DNA of 58,079 nucleotides, the filler included, from Sphacelaria rigidula (lineage: Eukaryota), in assembly GCA_964200075.2 (NCBI GenBank). It is 4 parts of 4 records of this genome, joined end to end, with 100 filler letters (N's around TTAATTAATTAA, not from the genome) between each part and the next. Parts side by side here need not be neighbours in the genome. Positions count along the whole stretch, not along the records: positions 1 to 14,445 come from CAXNAA020002236.1; positions 14,546 to 28,990 come from CAXNAA020002237.1; 2 more parts are not named here. The stretch is one strand, 5' to 3'. Below are positions 12,542 through 26,307 of the stretch, piece after piece. The position numbers were made by a program, and so were the translations under genes. Below the pieces are notes generated by a model. It had not been told where the DNA came from. It worked only from the letters and a program-made list of their open reading frames with translations, and ran no database searches. Each line of letters opens with the position of its first letter. Position 1 is the stretch's first letter.

Positions 12542-14373
12542 GCAGGTCTACTCGTTTTGTACGATAACACCTTTCCTTTTCCCGTTTTTATGATTCTCAT
12601 GATTGTGTTTCCAGAGCTGTGAATGGGTGTGGTACAGTTGACTATTTGGGAACGTGAGGGAGCATCGTGGCGAGGGAATCTATGATTATACACTGAATCT
12701 GCAAAACCACCACAGGTATAGGATAAAGGTAGTTCGAAACAATGGGGGAACACTGGGAGGACGCGATGCTGGTTTAGATCGCGCCTCACTTCTAGCAGAA
12801 AGTTGTGAGAACTGTGGCCACGCCAAACTGACTAAGTTTGAATCTATGGCATCATCCACAGGTAACGCGTCACGCGTTAAGACCTCACAACGGCCGCCGA
12901 GTTATTCAATCAGTGCCAAGAAAATGAATCTGTGGGTGTTGTGAAATCTCAACGGAAGTGTGTTCCGATTGTTGTTGCTCGTTCGCTGTGGTACGTGGTT
13001 TGTTGAACGTCGGTGCGAATTGTTCGAGAAGTTGATATCTCCTGCGGGCAACCATGATAATCGGTTCTAATTATACTTTTGCAAACTGGGTGCGTTTGCG
13101 ATGATGTCGGCACAACCGGTCTCCCACCTGCTACTGCGGAGAAGAACGGCTTTTGCTGCGTCCTCTAGGACTGTGAATGCTTGAGGAGTGCGACGATCGT
13201 TGGGCTTTTTGGAGTGTCCTAGCGGACTTTCTCCAACGCTGATCGGTATTCCGGTACAACCGTGAAGCTCTCGATGGTGGTAGTGTGTACGGCGGTATAG
13301 ATTTGTGTCGGTTACGGAAATTGTGTGTGCGTTCTCGTACTTGACGGGTGGGAACACTTCGGCAGATGCACGGGGGAGGTGTGAGTTCTTGTGTGAAGAA
13401 TAGTTACGATGCGTGTCTGGGCGCATCCCTACGTATACATTGCGGGGAATTGGACACCATCGTAGAGTGTACGTTGGGCGACAGATGGCCTGTCGACGTG
13501 GATTGGTGTCGGCACGCGTTTGCGCAGAGTAGGTTCATGGTTGGTGTAAAAAGGAGTATGTACGGTAGTGAAAAAGTCGTCTGGCCATCGGTGGTGTTGG
13601 GATTAGGCAATTTCCCCTTTTTTATACACACACAGTACCAGATCTGGCATTAAAACCCCCCGAGGTTTTGTTCGTACATTCTGAATCCTCGGCAACATGA
13701 TCACCACAAACGTGAGAGTGTATGTTTCAAGCTCCTGACGGCGAGTCTGTCTCACCCCCGAGCTCCCTTTTATGTTATTCGACATGCGTTTCGATGCACG
13801 GAGCATGACCAAAATATCACTTCAGGCGTCCAAATTTGCCGAGCGAACAAAGCATTGAATCGTTCTGGCGGCGCAACAGGACTAAACCTGGACCTTCCCA
13901 TAGATGCTGGCTACCTACAGCCAGGGTTTGCGTTTACGGGCGTGCCACGTATTTCCAGGGGCGCATGAAGGGGTGCTTGAGACACCTGAGAAGTGGAGGA
14001 CATTCGACTTTAGTTTACTGAACGCTTTTGAGTCGTCTTCAGTGCACCTGACCAAGCGTCCGACCAAGCGTCTGGGTGTAGTTTGAATTGGTCAAGAATC
14101 TATGGCCATGAAACGCACGATATTGATATTACAGTATCATAACAAACCGTTGCCGGCTCCCCCCAAGGCAACACCAACTTGGTCTGGATTGTTTCCAAAC
14201 AATTGCGAGAATCTCCAGATGAACCAAAATATGAATATATATATAAATGTAATCTTCGGCCGTCATGTCTGGCCTCGTTCATCTTAATCCATTTCTCCCA
14301 TTTGGGAACTCCCGTGTTGTTAGCATCCTCCATGGAGTTTCGGGTAGGGCGGTACAGAAGTTAAACTTCAAAT

Positions 14374-14445
14374 AACAGTGTTTTCGTGAGATTGAGAGTA
14401 GATAATACGATTGAGAGTGGCTTTGATCATTCGCTTCAAGTGAGT
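14374..14445. mobile_element. End of a MITE (same family as 26308-26603), cut by contig end
   Basis: AACAGTGTTTTCGTGAGATTGAGAGTAGATAATACGATTGAGAGTGG matches 26306-26352. Confidence 0.7.
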
Positions 14446-14545
14446 NNNNNNNNNNNNNNNNNNNNNNNNNNNNNNNNNNNNNNNNNNNNTTAATTAATTA
14501 ANNNNNNNNNNNNNNNNNNNNNNNNNNNNNNNNNNNNNNNNNNNN
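14446..14545. other. Artificial contig spacer N44-TTAATTAATTAA-N44
   Basis: 100-bp gap with a 12-mer that gives stops in all six frames; identical at 28991 and 43536. Confidence 0.98.
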
Positions 14546-15624
14546 AAACCGGGCATTTCTTCGGGGGGGGGGGGGGGGAGGGGGGCTATCGTAGAAAGTG
14601 TCCCCTGCCTTGAGCAAAGCTTGAGAACGCTCGAGGCGCCTAACCCACAGTACTGCCGCGATGCCGTCTAGCCGAGCGTCCGGATAATCGGCGCACGAAC
14701 CCGCTTGCGGGGTGAGGGTTGGGTCAAGTTTCCTCTTTCCTTCAAGGGGAAAAAAAAAAACAGACGGTCCGGACTGAAAGGGGCGGACCTCTCCACCATG
14801 ATCACATCACACTCACCAGAAGCACCCGCCGGCAAACGTCGCGAGGTCATCCCCGCTCTCGCTCTTCGACGGCACCTGCAAAAAGAAATTAATGGTAATA
14901 GTAATGAATAAATAAAAAACAACGCGCAAACAGCACCACAACACAGAAAATAAAAAAGGAGTCAAAAGGTATGCAGTGTGGAATCTACTCTTGATTGCAC
15001 TAGACGAAATAGTCGATATTGTTCTGTACGCAGTACACTTCTAGACAGTGAAATCTATTGCCATCATCACAAGTATTGAAGAACCCGCCGACGAAAACAC
15101 TCGCAAGTTAGAACTTAAGCTGTATAGCCCGATGAAATGATCAAATGTCAGGTAAATGTGTATGTACATATGCATTGTGGGCACGTCATTGATATAATGT
15201 CGTACTCCAGATTCTATCTCACCTCTCCCTTGAGAGCGGCCTTCGCTGCCTCTTGTGCTTGACCTTCCAATTCCTCGTACTTCACCTCCGGTTTCTTGAA
15301 AGGATTCGAGAACATCATTCGCACCGCGTTTCCGGGGAACGCTGTTCGACGACGGGGGAAAATCGCAAAAAAGTAAAACATCAAAAGAGGTACACAAAAG
15401 ACGTAGCAGCTTGACGGGCGTCGGCGCTTGCCGAGTCACAACTAAACACGCACGAAGGGATGCTACAGCATTATCCCTCCGCATACTTTTTTTCATATTT
15501 TTCGTTTCTTTACAGAGGCGTGATTCCTCCCTTCCGCACGAACTCCACCATTTTTTCATGTAATCTACAGTTCTCATCGAGACAAGTATGTCCCTTGCCC
15601 CTCCTCCCCCCCCCTGCCACCCCT

Positions 15625-15731
15625 GCCTGGTCCGATCGAAAACCCAGCGTGCTCTGTCCCGGCTTTGCAGGGATTCAAGGTCAATGGTCGTGTGACTGGG
15701 GCATGCAAGATCATGAGTACACCCCACCCCC
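15625..15731 (+). mobile_element. Type A C-tailed element inserted in a C-rich site
   Basis: GCCTGGTCCG...GATCATGAGTACACCCCACCCCC; flanks CCCCCCCTGCCACC / CCCCTCCTGCGATC resemble a degenerate TSD. Confidence 0.75.
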
Positions 15732-15802
15732 TCCTGCGATCGCTCGAGTCTCGCTACGAGCGTCACCATCACCATCAATACCGCCACAAGCTCACACAGA
15801 AT

Positions 15803-16076
15803 GATTGACGGATTGATTATCGCACATCAACATTAGCTGATCCGCCAAGAACACAGTCTTGGTCAATAGATACAAGGTGGACGTGTCAACCCAAAAGGTA
15901 TACAAACGGGAAACACCCGTAAGAGAAACCTTGGCAATAGCAAGAGAGGCAGAGGAAAAAGAAAGGAGAAGAGCAAACAGATCGAGTAACCTAACTGCAA
16001 GAAGAAAAAAAGATGGGAAAAAAATGGGAAAATGGAAACAACACGAAGACGAAAGAGACGAAGAAGACGAAACGTG
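15803..16076 (-). mobile_element. 3' UTR and tail of a second RTE-type LINE subfamily
   Basis: The minus strand has a pyrimidine-rich UTR ending ATGTGCGATAATCAATCCGTCAATC, like the 51780-51805 tail; AAGCTCA occurs on both flanks. Confidence 0.55.
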
Positions 16077-16186
16077 AAGCTCAAAATCTTGTGCACCGGT
16101 CCCGGGGGGAAAAAAAGAAGGAGAGAAACAAAAAATCAGGGATCTACACGTAGCACACTCTATCATTCACGTTTCAGGTCAAAAGT

Positions 16187-16317
16187 CGTCAAAAGTTAAG
16201 CTGGGCTAGTACTACGGTGGGGGACCACGTGAGGAGCCCTGCTCTGACTTGACTTTTGAACAGGGCTCCCCACGTGGGCCCGTCCCCCACCGTAGTACAC
16301 TAGCCTGGCTTTTGACG
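16187..16317. repeat. Inverted pair of 5S rRNA-derived fragments (3' half including the internal control region); not an intact 5S gene
   Basis: AAGTTAAG..GGCTAGTACTACGGTGGGGGACCACGTGAGGAGCCCTG followed by its imperfect reverse complement; recognisable from memory as the 3' half of eukaryotic 5S. Confidence 0.75.
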
Positions 16318-16585
16318 TGGTAAATGACACGACATGACTCGCAACGAGTGTAAAGTGTTGGTCCCTTACAAAAAATGACAGGCCCCTGTCATATGGCTAT
16401 ATGTCGGAAGGCCGGGGCAGTAGACACGCTAGATCTTTCCAAACTCGGACGCCAGGTGTAACACTCAGTCCCAATCCCACACGACAAGCCCTTTTTTTTT
16501 GTCACACACTGAACCCCTTCCCATCCACGCGACGATCGAGTCCATGGTCTCGAGGAACCAACCCATCTCTCCCCGGCAAACACAC

Positions 16586-16794
16586 GCCTTAAATTACGGT
16601 CTCGCGGATTGGGTCAGTACCTCTCGTTAAACTCAACGCCAACTACTTGTCCTTTACCCACGTACTCACGCAGTTTTTGGCCGTGAAAATTAGACCCTTC
16701 GAAGAGCAAAAAAAAAACTCAACGCATCAGGGATCGAACCCACCTTCTCTCCACTAAAGTGATCGACGGTCGGACCACTACTACACCACCGGGG
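16586..16794 (-). mobile_element. tRNA-derived SINE (family 2); 3' boundary approximate
   Basis: Minus strand CCCCGGTGGTGTAGTAGTGG (A box) ... GGTTCGATCCC (B box), then a T10 run; no full cloverleaf. Confidence 0.6.
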
Positions 16795-18822
16795 CCCGGC
16801 GGCAATCCCAATCTAACGAAACCCAGGTCCCTCTCACAGAACGCCTGCGCAAGCCTTACAGGGGGTTTGAGAGGGTCGGACCCCCACACCGCCTTGACCA
16901 AAGATTGCGGGGTCAGGTTTCCTCCTTCCTTCAAGGACAAACAGAAGAAAAAAAACGCCTGGGCAGGAAAAACCCTCAATAATGCCCAACCCCGACCCTC
17001 GACCCTGGGACACCAGCGCCCTAAACCTTGAACCAACTCACAAAAAGCGGGAGTGGCGGAAGCGCTGGATCCTCCCGTTACCAATACAGCGAAGCCCACC
17101 GCCGAGGCGGCCGGCGCAACGCCGGTAACCTGCGGCAAAGATTTTCCCGCAAATGTGTTGCGAGCTCCCAGGCGGCGCCCGGCCATTCCCCCGGAGCTGC
17201 GCACGAAGGCAGACACGCCGCTTCGCCCTCCTTGCCGCGTGCTTGTCGCCAGCGCTGCATGGTGCGTGGTAAAGACAATTTGCCAAAGGATTTGTTGCTA
17301 CCAAATGGTCGTCCTATTCAGAGTTGGGTGTGAGACACTGGCATTGAGTCGGGTAATTGGGCAATTATACGTATCGCACGAGAGGTAGCTTATTTCTTCA
17401 CACCACGGACTAGTCCCGAGGGAGGGGAGGGGTCGAAATCATCTACAGCACCTAATCCGGGGTTTGTAACCGTGACAAGAACAGTGTGAGGGACGCGGGT
17501 GGCCGTTGCAAATATAGCTCCGGGAGCTTGCTCGTGCTTTGCAGCGTTGTGAAACGCAGGGCGCTTGCCGGACAACGAGTGTTGCAGAATAGCGGTGGGC
17601 CTTTTCCTATTACGTGAACAAGTGAGGCGCATACCGACGGAGATGGTGCTACACATGAAAGCATCAAGGTTATCAAAGACTCTGGAAGTTGGCATAAACT
17701 AACTGCCGCCTTCGAACAGGTACTCGTACCAGGCCTCTCCCTGGATGCTTGTACTCGCTCTGACTGTGTGTGGGCACAAGGAACGTGAGTACAAAATACG
17801 TAACACCGAATATATCGGACCGCCTGGGATGCAAGTATACGAGGACACCCACCGCGTTTCCAAATACGAGGCATGAAAAATATCATTTGTGTTGATGAAA
17901 TTGATTGTTGATTGATGATAGTGTCTGTTGTATGGGTAATCGGTGTACAATCGTAGCATTGACGACAGACACTATTATAGTACAACAGTGATTCCAATCT
18001 GCGGGCAAAAAAACAGCGGCGCAATAAATATCATGACACAGAGGTACGTCATGCGCAGTGTCGACAGTGTACAGTACCCGTAGTCACCTGACATGTTAGG
18101 TGTTCTGTACAAAACATCCGCAAAAATGTATTTCGTAGCCAGAACAGCGATGGTGTACGCCACCAACAAGGAGTATCCTTCTTGGCCGTGCATTGCGAAT
18201 CAGCTCAGAGGGGTTTTTGAATTGGGTATTTCACGCCATGACGACAAGCTGCAACGTACCAGCTGCACGGTGCCGCACCGTGCTCGACTGACTGTCTGCA
18301 TTAGACACGCACGTTCTTCACCACCCTCTTGTTGCTAGATAAGCCATTTCAAAATGACAGCCTCGACCAAGATGAATCAATGCAACATAACAACACAAGC
18401 AGCACTCATACACAAGATTTCAGTCATGGCACCCCGACAGACACTATCGGCTAGTCGTGCACACAAGCAAAAGGCACAGCAAGCTGCTACTCTCTAAGCA
18501 CTCGACGGGCTGATCACCTGCAGACAGGACGATGGCCTGGGCAGTCTTCATGTCGTCGCTTTCCCACCTACGGAGGGCAACGAGGGGCTGGTGGTTGAGT
18601 CGTTGAAGAGAAGTGGTAGTGCAACGACTGCGGCGGGCGAGGGTTACGGCTTGTCTACAATACGACTCGATGGTTGCGCCTTACTTCCTCCGTAAGCTCC
18701 GTTCGTGTGCCCTAGTGCAGCCGCGCATACTGTGCGATGTACCACGCGAACGATTTTGTCATACTCTGATATGGGATCTTTTAGCTCGCTGCTCTTGGGG
18801 CTGAACTGTTTGCGATCCCCCC

Positions 18823-21800
18823 ATGGAGGCTTCTTCGGGTTATTACAGTGAGCAACTCAAGACTGTGCAGGTAATATATTGTCCACTTCATTGTCGTTGC
18901 GTGTATAAGTCATGACAAACTCCAATCTCTTCGATGAAGAACTATGCTATGCCTGTAGAGGCTGCTCGAACGTGGATCATGATCGCCGCGCATCATGTGC
19001 CTGTGAGACATGTTCAGCGGTGTGTGATACTGTACACATATTGGAACGCTTCTCACAAACCTCCGTGTGATGAACATGCGCGGACGTGCTGTCGTGCCTC
19101 AGTATTTTCGCGCGCGGGTGGGGACAAGATTCGACTGTTTGTTGTAGGGTTGGTTGACAGCGCAGCCTTTCCCGCGATAACAGCAGAGATGTCACGATCG
19201 AGCAGCCCAGAAGGAGCACATTGATGCGTAATATGTGCTGTAGTAACGATGACCGCGGACTCGCACCGAGTAAGAGGAAGGGTTGAAAGTGTAACGGGGA
19301 AAAAAAGTATGTCCCGTACTGATGGTGGCATACACGGCATACCACCAGCAATTGTGCTCGCTTTTCGTTTCGGGACACGCATGCGAAAAACATCCACGTC
19401 TTCTGCTATTCCGCTGTAATGTCATCGTAAGTTGCGACAGGAGGCCTCCGTTGTATCCCACCTCGCCGCCTCGTTGCTCCAATCTGCGTGGAGGTTGCGC
19501 CGAAAAAATGAAGTTGTTCAGCAACAGTTCAGTCCGCCGCTACGAGCACCAAGCGAAGGAGGAACACTCGCCCCTTCAGTACCCTCAACTTCAAGCTACG
19601 ACAATGTTGTTGCACGCCACGAGGATTGGAGACGCTCACCACGATTTCTGCTCGGAGACGCCGCGCGGAGGGTGCAGCTGTGGTGGAGAAACCACCTTCG
19701 GTGGAAGCAACGGAGTAGCACCCGCCGTTGTCGATTTTTTCCCGAAAATGGCTCGCTCTGTTCTCCAGCAAGCCAATTCCAAGTCAGCGAGGGTATACCG
19801 AACCGCGTGAGCAGATTATCGAAGTCCCCCTCTGGCAAATTTTCCTGTTCAAAAAAATACTCGCACCATCAAGTGAAGCGTGACGAGTCGCATCGGCCAT
19901 CCTTATCTTTGTCGCCGTCGCCGTCTGAAGATCCGGGTTCGGGGCCGCCAGTGAAGCCCGCCGTGGCACAACGACTGACAAAAGCAGAGGTTAGACGATG
20001 CCGCGATGCCGCCTCAACTTCGCCAGCGATGGAAACACTGTGGCTGAGAGAGAGCGAGGCTGCGGCGTTGCTAGACGCCATCGGTTTGCCTCTCAATCCT
20101 CACTGCAGTATCGACCTTCGTGAACGATCATCGCCACCCAAAATCAAACTCCCGCTTTCAGGCTCAGGGAGTCATAGCAAAGACGAGCGTCAGCGACGGC
20201 CGAGAGATTTCCAAACTATGTCTTCTCATCAGGGTTCGACTACCACAACCGGTAGTATAGCAGGCGCCGAAAATGAACGAACGAGTGGAACGGGTGGGGA
20301 AACAGCACCAGAGATAGACGAGTGCTTCGTCCATGTGGCGAGCGTCCTTTCCGAGGTGGCGACGCGGTCGTCGCTGTTGCCGCATGAATTATTGCCCCTT
20401 AATGCCACATATGGAAGACAGGCTCTCACTTACTTGAAACGGCTGGTTCGTGGACCGCGGGGTGGACTGCGCGTTCAGCAGTTGTTGTTGACGTGTTGTG
20501 ACACGAAGGTGATGGACTGGAAAGACGATCAGGTGAGGCCCACACGTGACATCATCAAAGAGAAGGGCAAGAGAGAGGGATCTACCGGGAGCGAAAAGTT
20601 GAAGAAGAAGCCGACATACTCACGTATCTCTTCGCCTCTCATCCCCTTGTTCGAGCGGAAATCATCATATCAACTCCTTCGTGCTCACCAACATCATGTT
20701 CATCCCCACGATGTATTCGTCCTGTCAAGTACCCTCAAGTTCATATGTTACGTATCGCCTAATCAACGGACGGCGATATGATTTTCTGCATGCAGGTTGG
20801 GAAGTTTTTGGTTGCGGCAGGTATGCCCGAGAATTCTAAAACGCAGCACCTGGCACCAACATCTGGATTCGATCTCTTGCAGCTGACCCTCGCAGCTTTG
20901 ATCTCAACGCAAATGATAACCCGCGGACACGATGACACCGTCAAGTTTTCATGTAGCGATATCTCTCTGGAGGAAACGTTTGACAGAAGCGTTGCAGGAG
21001 GCCAGCCAACTTTACTGCCACCCCAGAGCAAATTACTGCGGAAAGGATTGCTGGGCAGCGGAACCAAGCCGTCAGTGTTACGAAAAAGGCTGCTGTTCCA
21101 TTGTTCCACGGTGAGCTGGGTAGCAGTGTGGCAAGAAACTGGAGTGCTGCCAGAACCCATACGGGTGAACGCACCGGGATCAGAGGAGAGGAGAACCGGT
21201 TCGGCTGACACTCTCGAAGCTTCGCTGCGTCGCGTGCTCACGCGAGAGTTACAGAGAAGAGCTGCTCAACAGGTACGCGATGTGCGATCACCGAGGGGCG
21301 GCTTCGATTCTTCCCTCGGTAGTGGGACGGCCACACAGCAGACAGACGAGCTGTCTGCAGCTCCCTTAGTCTACAGCAACCCCCACATCTCACAGAACAC
21401 GTCATCACAAGACGAATATATCTCTAGCAATTCCGCTCGGCTACAGACCACAGCCCCGCCCAACGGCAACCATCAGATGGCAGTCGTTGTGAGTAATGGA
21501 AGCACGATAGTGGAACAGTCAGCCGTACTCCGAGAGCTTGTGCCGTCTCCTGAATCTCCCTCTGCCACCACCATCCTGATGGAGCATGGCACGGTTGTGC
21601 CCGGACCAACCGCCGATTCAGGCAGCATCGGTCCCGTATCGAGCGTAAGCACGCCCAACACTCCCGCACGGTCATACGCGACGAGGCGAGAACCACCGGT
21701 AGAGGGCGCTAGTGTCCGTGGCACTGGGCTTTTTTCGTGGAAACTGATAGCGAGCACAAATGGACGTCCTCCGCCCACATTTTCGGCATCTTACGTTGCC

Positions 21801-24218
21801 GATAGTGGACAGTTATTGTCGTCTTCACCACGACCAAGGACATCAACACCAGCCCATGGACGCGATTTCCAAGGGGGGGTGACTACTACCTGGTCCGCCA
21901 GTGCTTCTCCTACACCAGATATAGCTGCTGTTGCGCGCACGAATCCAGGTCCTCGTGCTGGACGTGCGTTTGCGGGTGAGAAACCGGTATCTATCCCACT
22001 TGATTACCACGAGCCGGCTGACGTCGTATCCATGACGATGAAAACGATGCGTTCCAGGACGGCACGACCTCTCTATCGCGAAGACGTGATGGGACTGGGG
22101 GGAGCCACACAAAGTGGGGGTGGTTGGCACGGAGAGGGGCGAGTCCTGGGTGCTCCACCTGTGTGTCAACCAAGCACCACTAATGGAACTACGCAGGTCG
22201 ACACCCTCCTATCGTCTCCTATTGTTAAACCCGACATGATTTCGCCACGGAGCTCACCGCCGAGAACAGCCGGAATTGCTAGAAGAAGCAAGCTTCCTGC
22301 TAGGGCGGAGACTCTGGCCTGGACGCATCCCGGAGCAAATCCCATCCGCTCAAACAGGAGTGCAGACGTACCGACAGAAGCGACCAGGAAGACTCACAAC
22401 AGCATCAGACGAGTGCATCGATATCGTCGTGTAGATGTACCGCTGCGGGCGGCAACTATCTACTTCGATCAATACCCGCCGCTGCCAATCCACAAAAATC
22501 GACCAAAACACGCGCGGGGGCAGGTGGGGACGCGTTTAGAAAATGGCTCTTCGCACCCTCCGCCTTGGCGCCCTGCCGGCACGTCGTCGCTCCCTGTTCC
22601 GCCACCGCCGGACGTAAGTAAAGGCCGGGAAAGCGAGGAAGGGAAAAAGCTCCGCGTTTTTCCCGACGATATTTTGGATCCCGATCGCAAGGTCTCTTCA
22701 GCCGATCAACTCTCGAGAGGTCCAAACTATGCACGTCGCGGGAGCGGAAGAGATGCCGGGGCCCGCCGCCGCCGTCCGCGGAGGTTGGGACGACAACAGC
22801 GTGTGGAGGGCGCAGTAAGAGCTGCTGCAGCTACCGCTGCGCCTGGCAGTGGTCGTGAACCGTCCGCGGGCAACGGTGAGGAGGAGCAGAGCGCATGGAG
22901 TCGCATACGAAAGCAAACCGCCCGTAGTATCAGGCGTTCCGGCAGGAATAATGATAATGATGATGACGACAGTGACGGTGAAGAAAATATGAGGAACGGG
23001 TCGTTATCGGACCACGAAAGAGACGGACCCTCCGGGAAACAACGGATGGCGGCATGGCATGAAATGGCCGGAGATCGTAGTCGAGCTGGTGTGATTCCGA
23101 GCGCTGTTGATGATAGTAACAGCAACAACATCCGGGGCACATCACCATCATCGGCGTTGTACGCGTTTGCGAAGAAGAGCAGGATCGCCTGGGACGACGT
23201 GACGCACGATAATCGGCATCTCGATGCCGCGCCGAACCGCACACGGTTTCTCAAAGCGACAGCATCGCCGCCGACCGACATCGGATCTTCGTCGGAAAAT
23301 GGCGGGTCGTCAGCACCGTTGATTTGGGGGAAGAATCATTGGCATGACGAGGAAGCCGTCGGACGACGCAGTGCGTCGGCGGGACGGCCAGGAAAGCGGA
23401 GGGGTGTGACGGCGGCGGGGTACCATTGGAGCGTAAAAGTGCCGGCTTCATCTTTGTCATCAAATTCGAGCAATGATGATGCGCAACTCTCGGCAAAGGA
23501 TCTGAATCAAATCATGGCCGGTGGCGACGTTACCGCACACGGTGAAGCTGAACGACCTCCTACTCCTCTTCAGTATGGGGTGTCCACACGCGATGTGTTT
23601 TGCGGTTCGGACAGGGGCATCGACAGAATGGCCCCAGCCGCGACCAACGCTTCCGGGAATGCGGACCTGTTGACGCCCAGGATCGGCTTGAACACGGATA
23701 CGTGGAAAGTTGACCGCCACGATGAAGAATCTACGAGCAGAAAAAGAATTGAGCAAGATCATGCACGAGCCACAACTACAGCACTGCTTGCTCAAGGGGA
23801 AGATGGGGGAGGAGGAGAAAACGCAATGTGTAAAACTCTACACGTCGCGGCGAGGGATAACATGGTCGGAAACGGTACAGCTATGGAGAGAGATACGAGA
23901 TCAGGCGAAGTGCGATTGGTCGATCGCTCTGCTACCGAAGAGCGTAAGGTTGGGTGGGCGATGGATGTCGCGCGTCGCTTGACAGGCAGTAAAGTGGGAG
24001 ATATCGTCACTTCTTTTCGGACAGAAAGTGATGCGTTGCTCCCCGTCGATATTGCCTGGGGGGATGGCGAGGATGAATTGGCCAACCGAGAGACGGAACC
24101 ATCTTCGGCTGTGGAATGGGATAGGACTGGATTGACCAGAAGAGGGCGGAAGCCGTCTTCTGTTGTCAACGACGCTAAAGCCTGGATGGACAAAGTGAAG
24201 GCAGGTTTGTGTTGGTAG
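18823..24218 (+). CDS. ~1,520-aa largely low-complexity protein with two IQ-like motifs (exons 18823-18870, 19441-20532, 20796-24218)
   Basis: Two long ORFs join in phase 0 (CAG|GTGAGG ... TGCAG|GTT). A putative first exon runs CCATGG..CAG|GTAATA. Motifs AASLLQSAWRLRRK and AARRVQLWWRNHLR. Confidence 0.8.
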
Positions 24219-24890
24219 AGTCATCGATCAGCCTCACCCGGGAAAAAGTATGGCTCAGTGTCGCGCTCAACAAAAAGAAAGAGGGAATTTCCCTACTCTT
24301 GTGCACGTTTTCAAAGCATATCTCCCGTTTTTGTTTTCTTCCCCAATTTGGAAACGTGCACGACTTTTCCTGCATCGCGCTCTTCACTTCCAAATCTGGG
24401 GAGTGGGAACTCCCGAAAATCGTCACTGCTACGTGTTTCATGCGGCTCGGGGCACGCACAGCCCCAGCCAACACCAGACACAGCCCTGGCTACGTATCTG
24501 TAGTAGATAAGATTTCGCCGTTCTTGGGGGTGATTACGATACCATTGGGCGCCGGGCTCCTAGATAGTACCGTTTAATGGGGTGTGGAACGTGCGCCCAA
24601 ACGTGCTCAGCATGAAACTGTCCAAGGTCAGATCCCACTTCCACAGCACCAGTCAGCCTAGTGCTGTTGTACCCCTATCTAAAGCCCATAAAAGTCATTG
24701 TTGCAGACGTGGGCAGATGATGCGTGACTTTCCAATATACCAGAATGTCGGGTATACCCGACATAGCCCGACGCGCCCTTAAAACTGTCGTCTCTTCCTT
24801 TCGCCGGTAAAACAAACGAAGGTGGATGGTAAATTGAAAAACAAAATAAAACTTAATACTTTCGTTCTGGGCGTCACCGACGTGGATCAA

Positions 24891-24920
24891 GATCATGGGT
24901 GAGTACACCCCCCCCCCCCC
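24891..24920 (+). mobile_element. Minimal 3' stub of a C-tailed element
   Basis: GATCATGGGTGAGTACA followed by a long C run. Confidence 0.6.
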
Positions 24921-26307
24921 AAACCAACAACAAAACTGTCACAAAGCAAATGACCATACAGCGCATGACAGCTGGTTTCAGACTTCATGGAAGCCCTCAT
25001 ATATATGGGCGACATTGGCGGAAGCGATACGAAGTATGATGGGAGTTTCCAGCTGCTCGGTCGGTGTGCTCTGCTATCATTTTGCTTTTTGTGTAGCTTT
25101 TCTTCCTCAAACCAGCCACTGTTCTGGGGAGAGCTATCATCGCGGCAACTGCCGAGCCCTCACGTTACCAAAACTTCAAGGCTTCAAAACATAACATGTT
25201 TTTTTTGTAGATTTCGAAGTAGTCTCGTATGTGTTTCGCAGAGGAACGGTTGTCACTGTTTTATGGTAAAACCGTTTGTCCTCAGGATTCATGCTGCGGC
25301 AGGGGTTTCACCTTTGGGCCTAGATCTTCCTCCCTCAGGGGCGCTTCCAATATTACGAGCTGTACAAAAGAATACAAGTGAGGACATTCCCGTGTTCTAG
25401 TCCATTCGGGATACCCCTAGGTCAATGTGATGCTGATTGTGGTGTGCTTTCACATATTCTATGAGTCGTTTTTTGGATGAGATAAAGAGCTCTTCACGAT
25501 TCGAACCTCGGGAAACGTGTCTGCACCCCTACCGTAGCGCACCACTCTGAGATGTATCTCACCCGTCGTGTGTTCTGAGCCTTCTTCATCTGCTTGTCAC
25601 TACTTTTGGGTTGCGGCCGTGCACTGCGAGGACCTTTCCCACGCCGCAGGCTCTCAACTTCTCCGCGCATTACTTCATGTCTTGGGTATTAAGATTCCTT
25701 GACGGGGAGTAGTATCTCGATCCTGGCATCGACCAAAAATGGACCGCAAGAGCGCGGCCTAACCTCTTTGAAGTCAGCCCGCGACGAAGCTCCCGTGGCT
25801 TTGTCATTAGCTCTGTGCCAGGGTGGTGTAAAGGTATTGAAAACGGAAGCAAGGTATATATCGCCCTATCCTTTTTTCTCCGAACGTTGGAATACGATGG
25901 CACCCATACATGTTTGATGGAAAGGGTGTAGTCATGCAAACACGCTCCTTCGATTTTTGGTTTGTGCACCAATCAACATGCATGAAAAAATGTACTTTTG
26001 CGACAAAGTCACTGCACATTGTGTGGACTTTGTCATGGGATCGAGAGAGAGGGAAGTTGATCCCTCTATCTGGAACTCATACAGACAAGGCAAGATGGAA
26101 AAAAAACCAGTTGAAATCTATTCAAATGGTGTATTTTGAGATGCTTCGTTCTCGATGTATTATTATGCTGATTGCCACACCAAGCCAACCAAAGAGAGCG
26201 TAACTGCATGGCCACATGCTTTCCAGCAAAAATGAATGCTCGGGGATACTCACGCTTTGCACAATTGGGAATCAAATCATGCGCTTTCATTGTTTGTGCA
26301 TGTTGAA

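Noticed and set aside
14490-14501. TTAATTAATTAA as a biological motif
   Set aside because: Assembly linker centred in N runs and repeated identically three times.
15041-15787. 248-aa minus-strand ORF
   Set aside because: Runs through a repeat insertion and a G-run; no motifs or convincing splice signals.
16187-16317. Functional 5S rRNA gene
   Set aside because: The 5' half is missing and both fragments carry indels.
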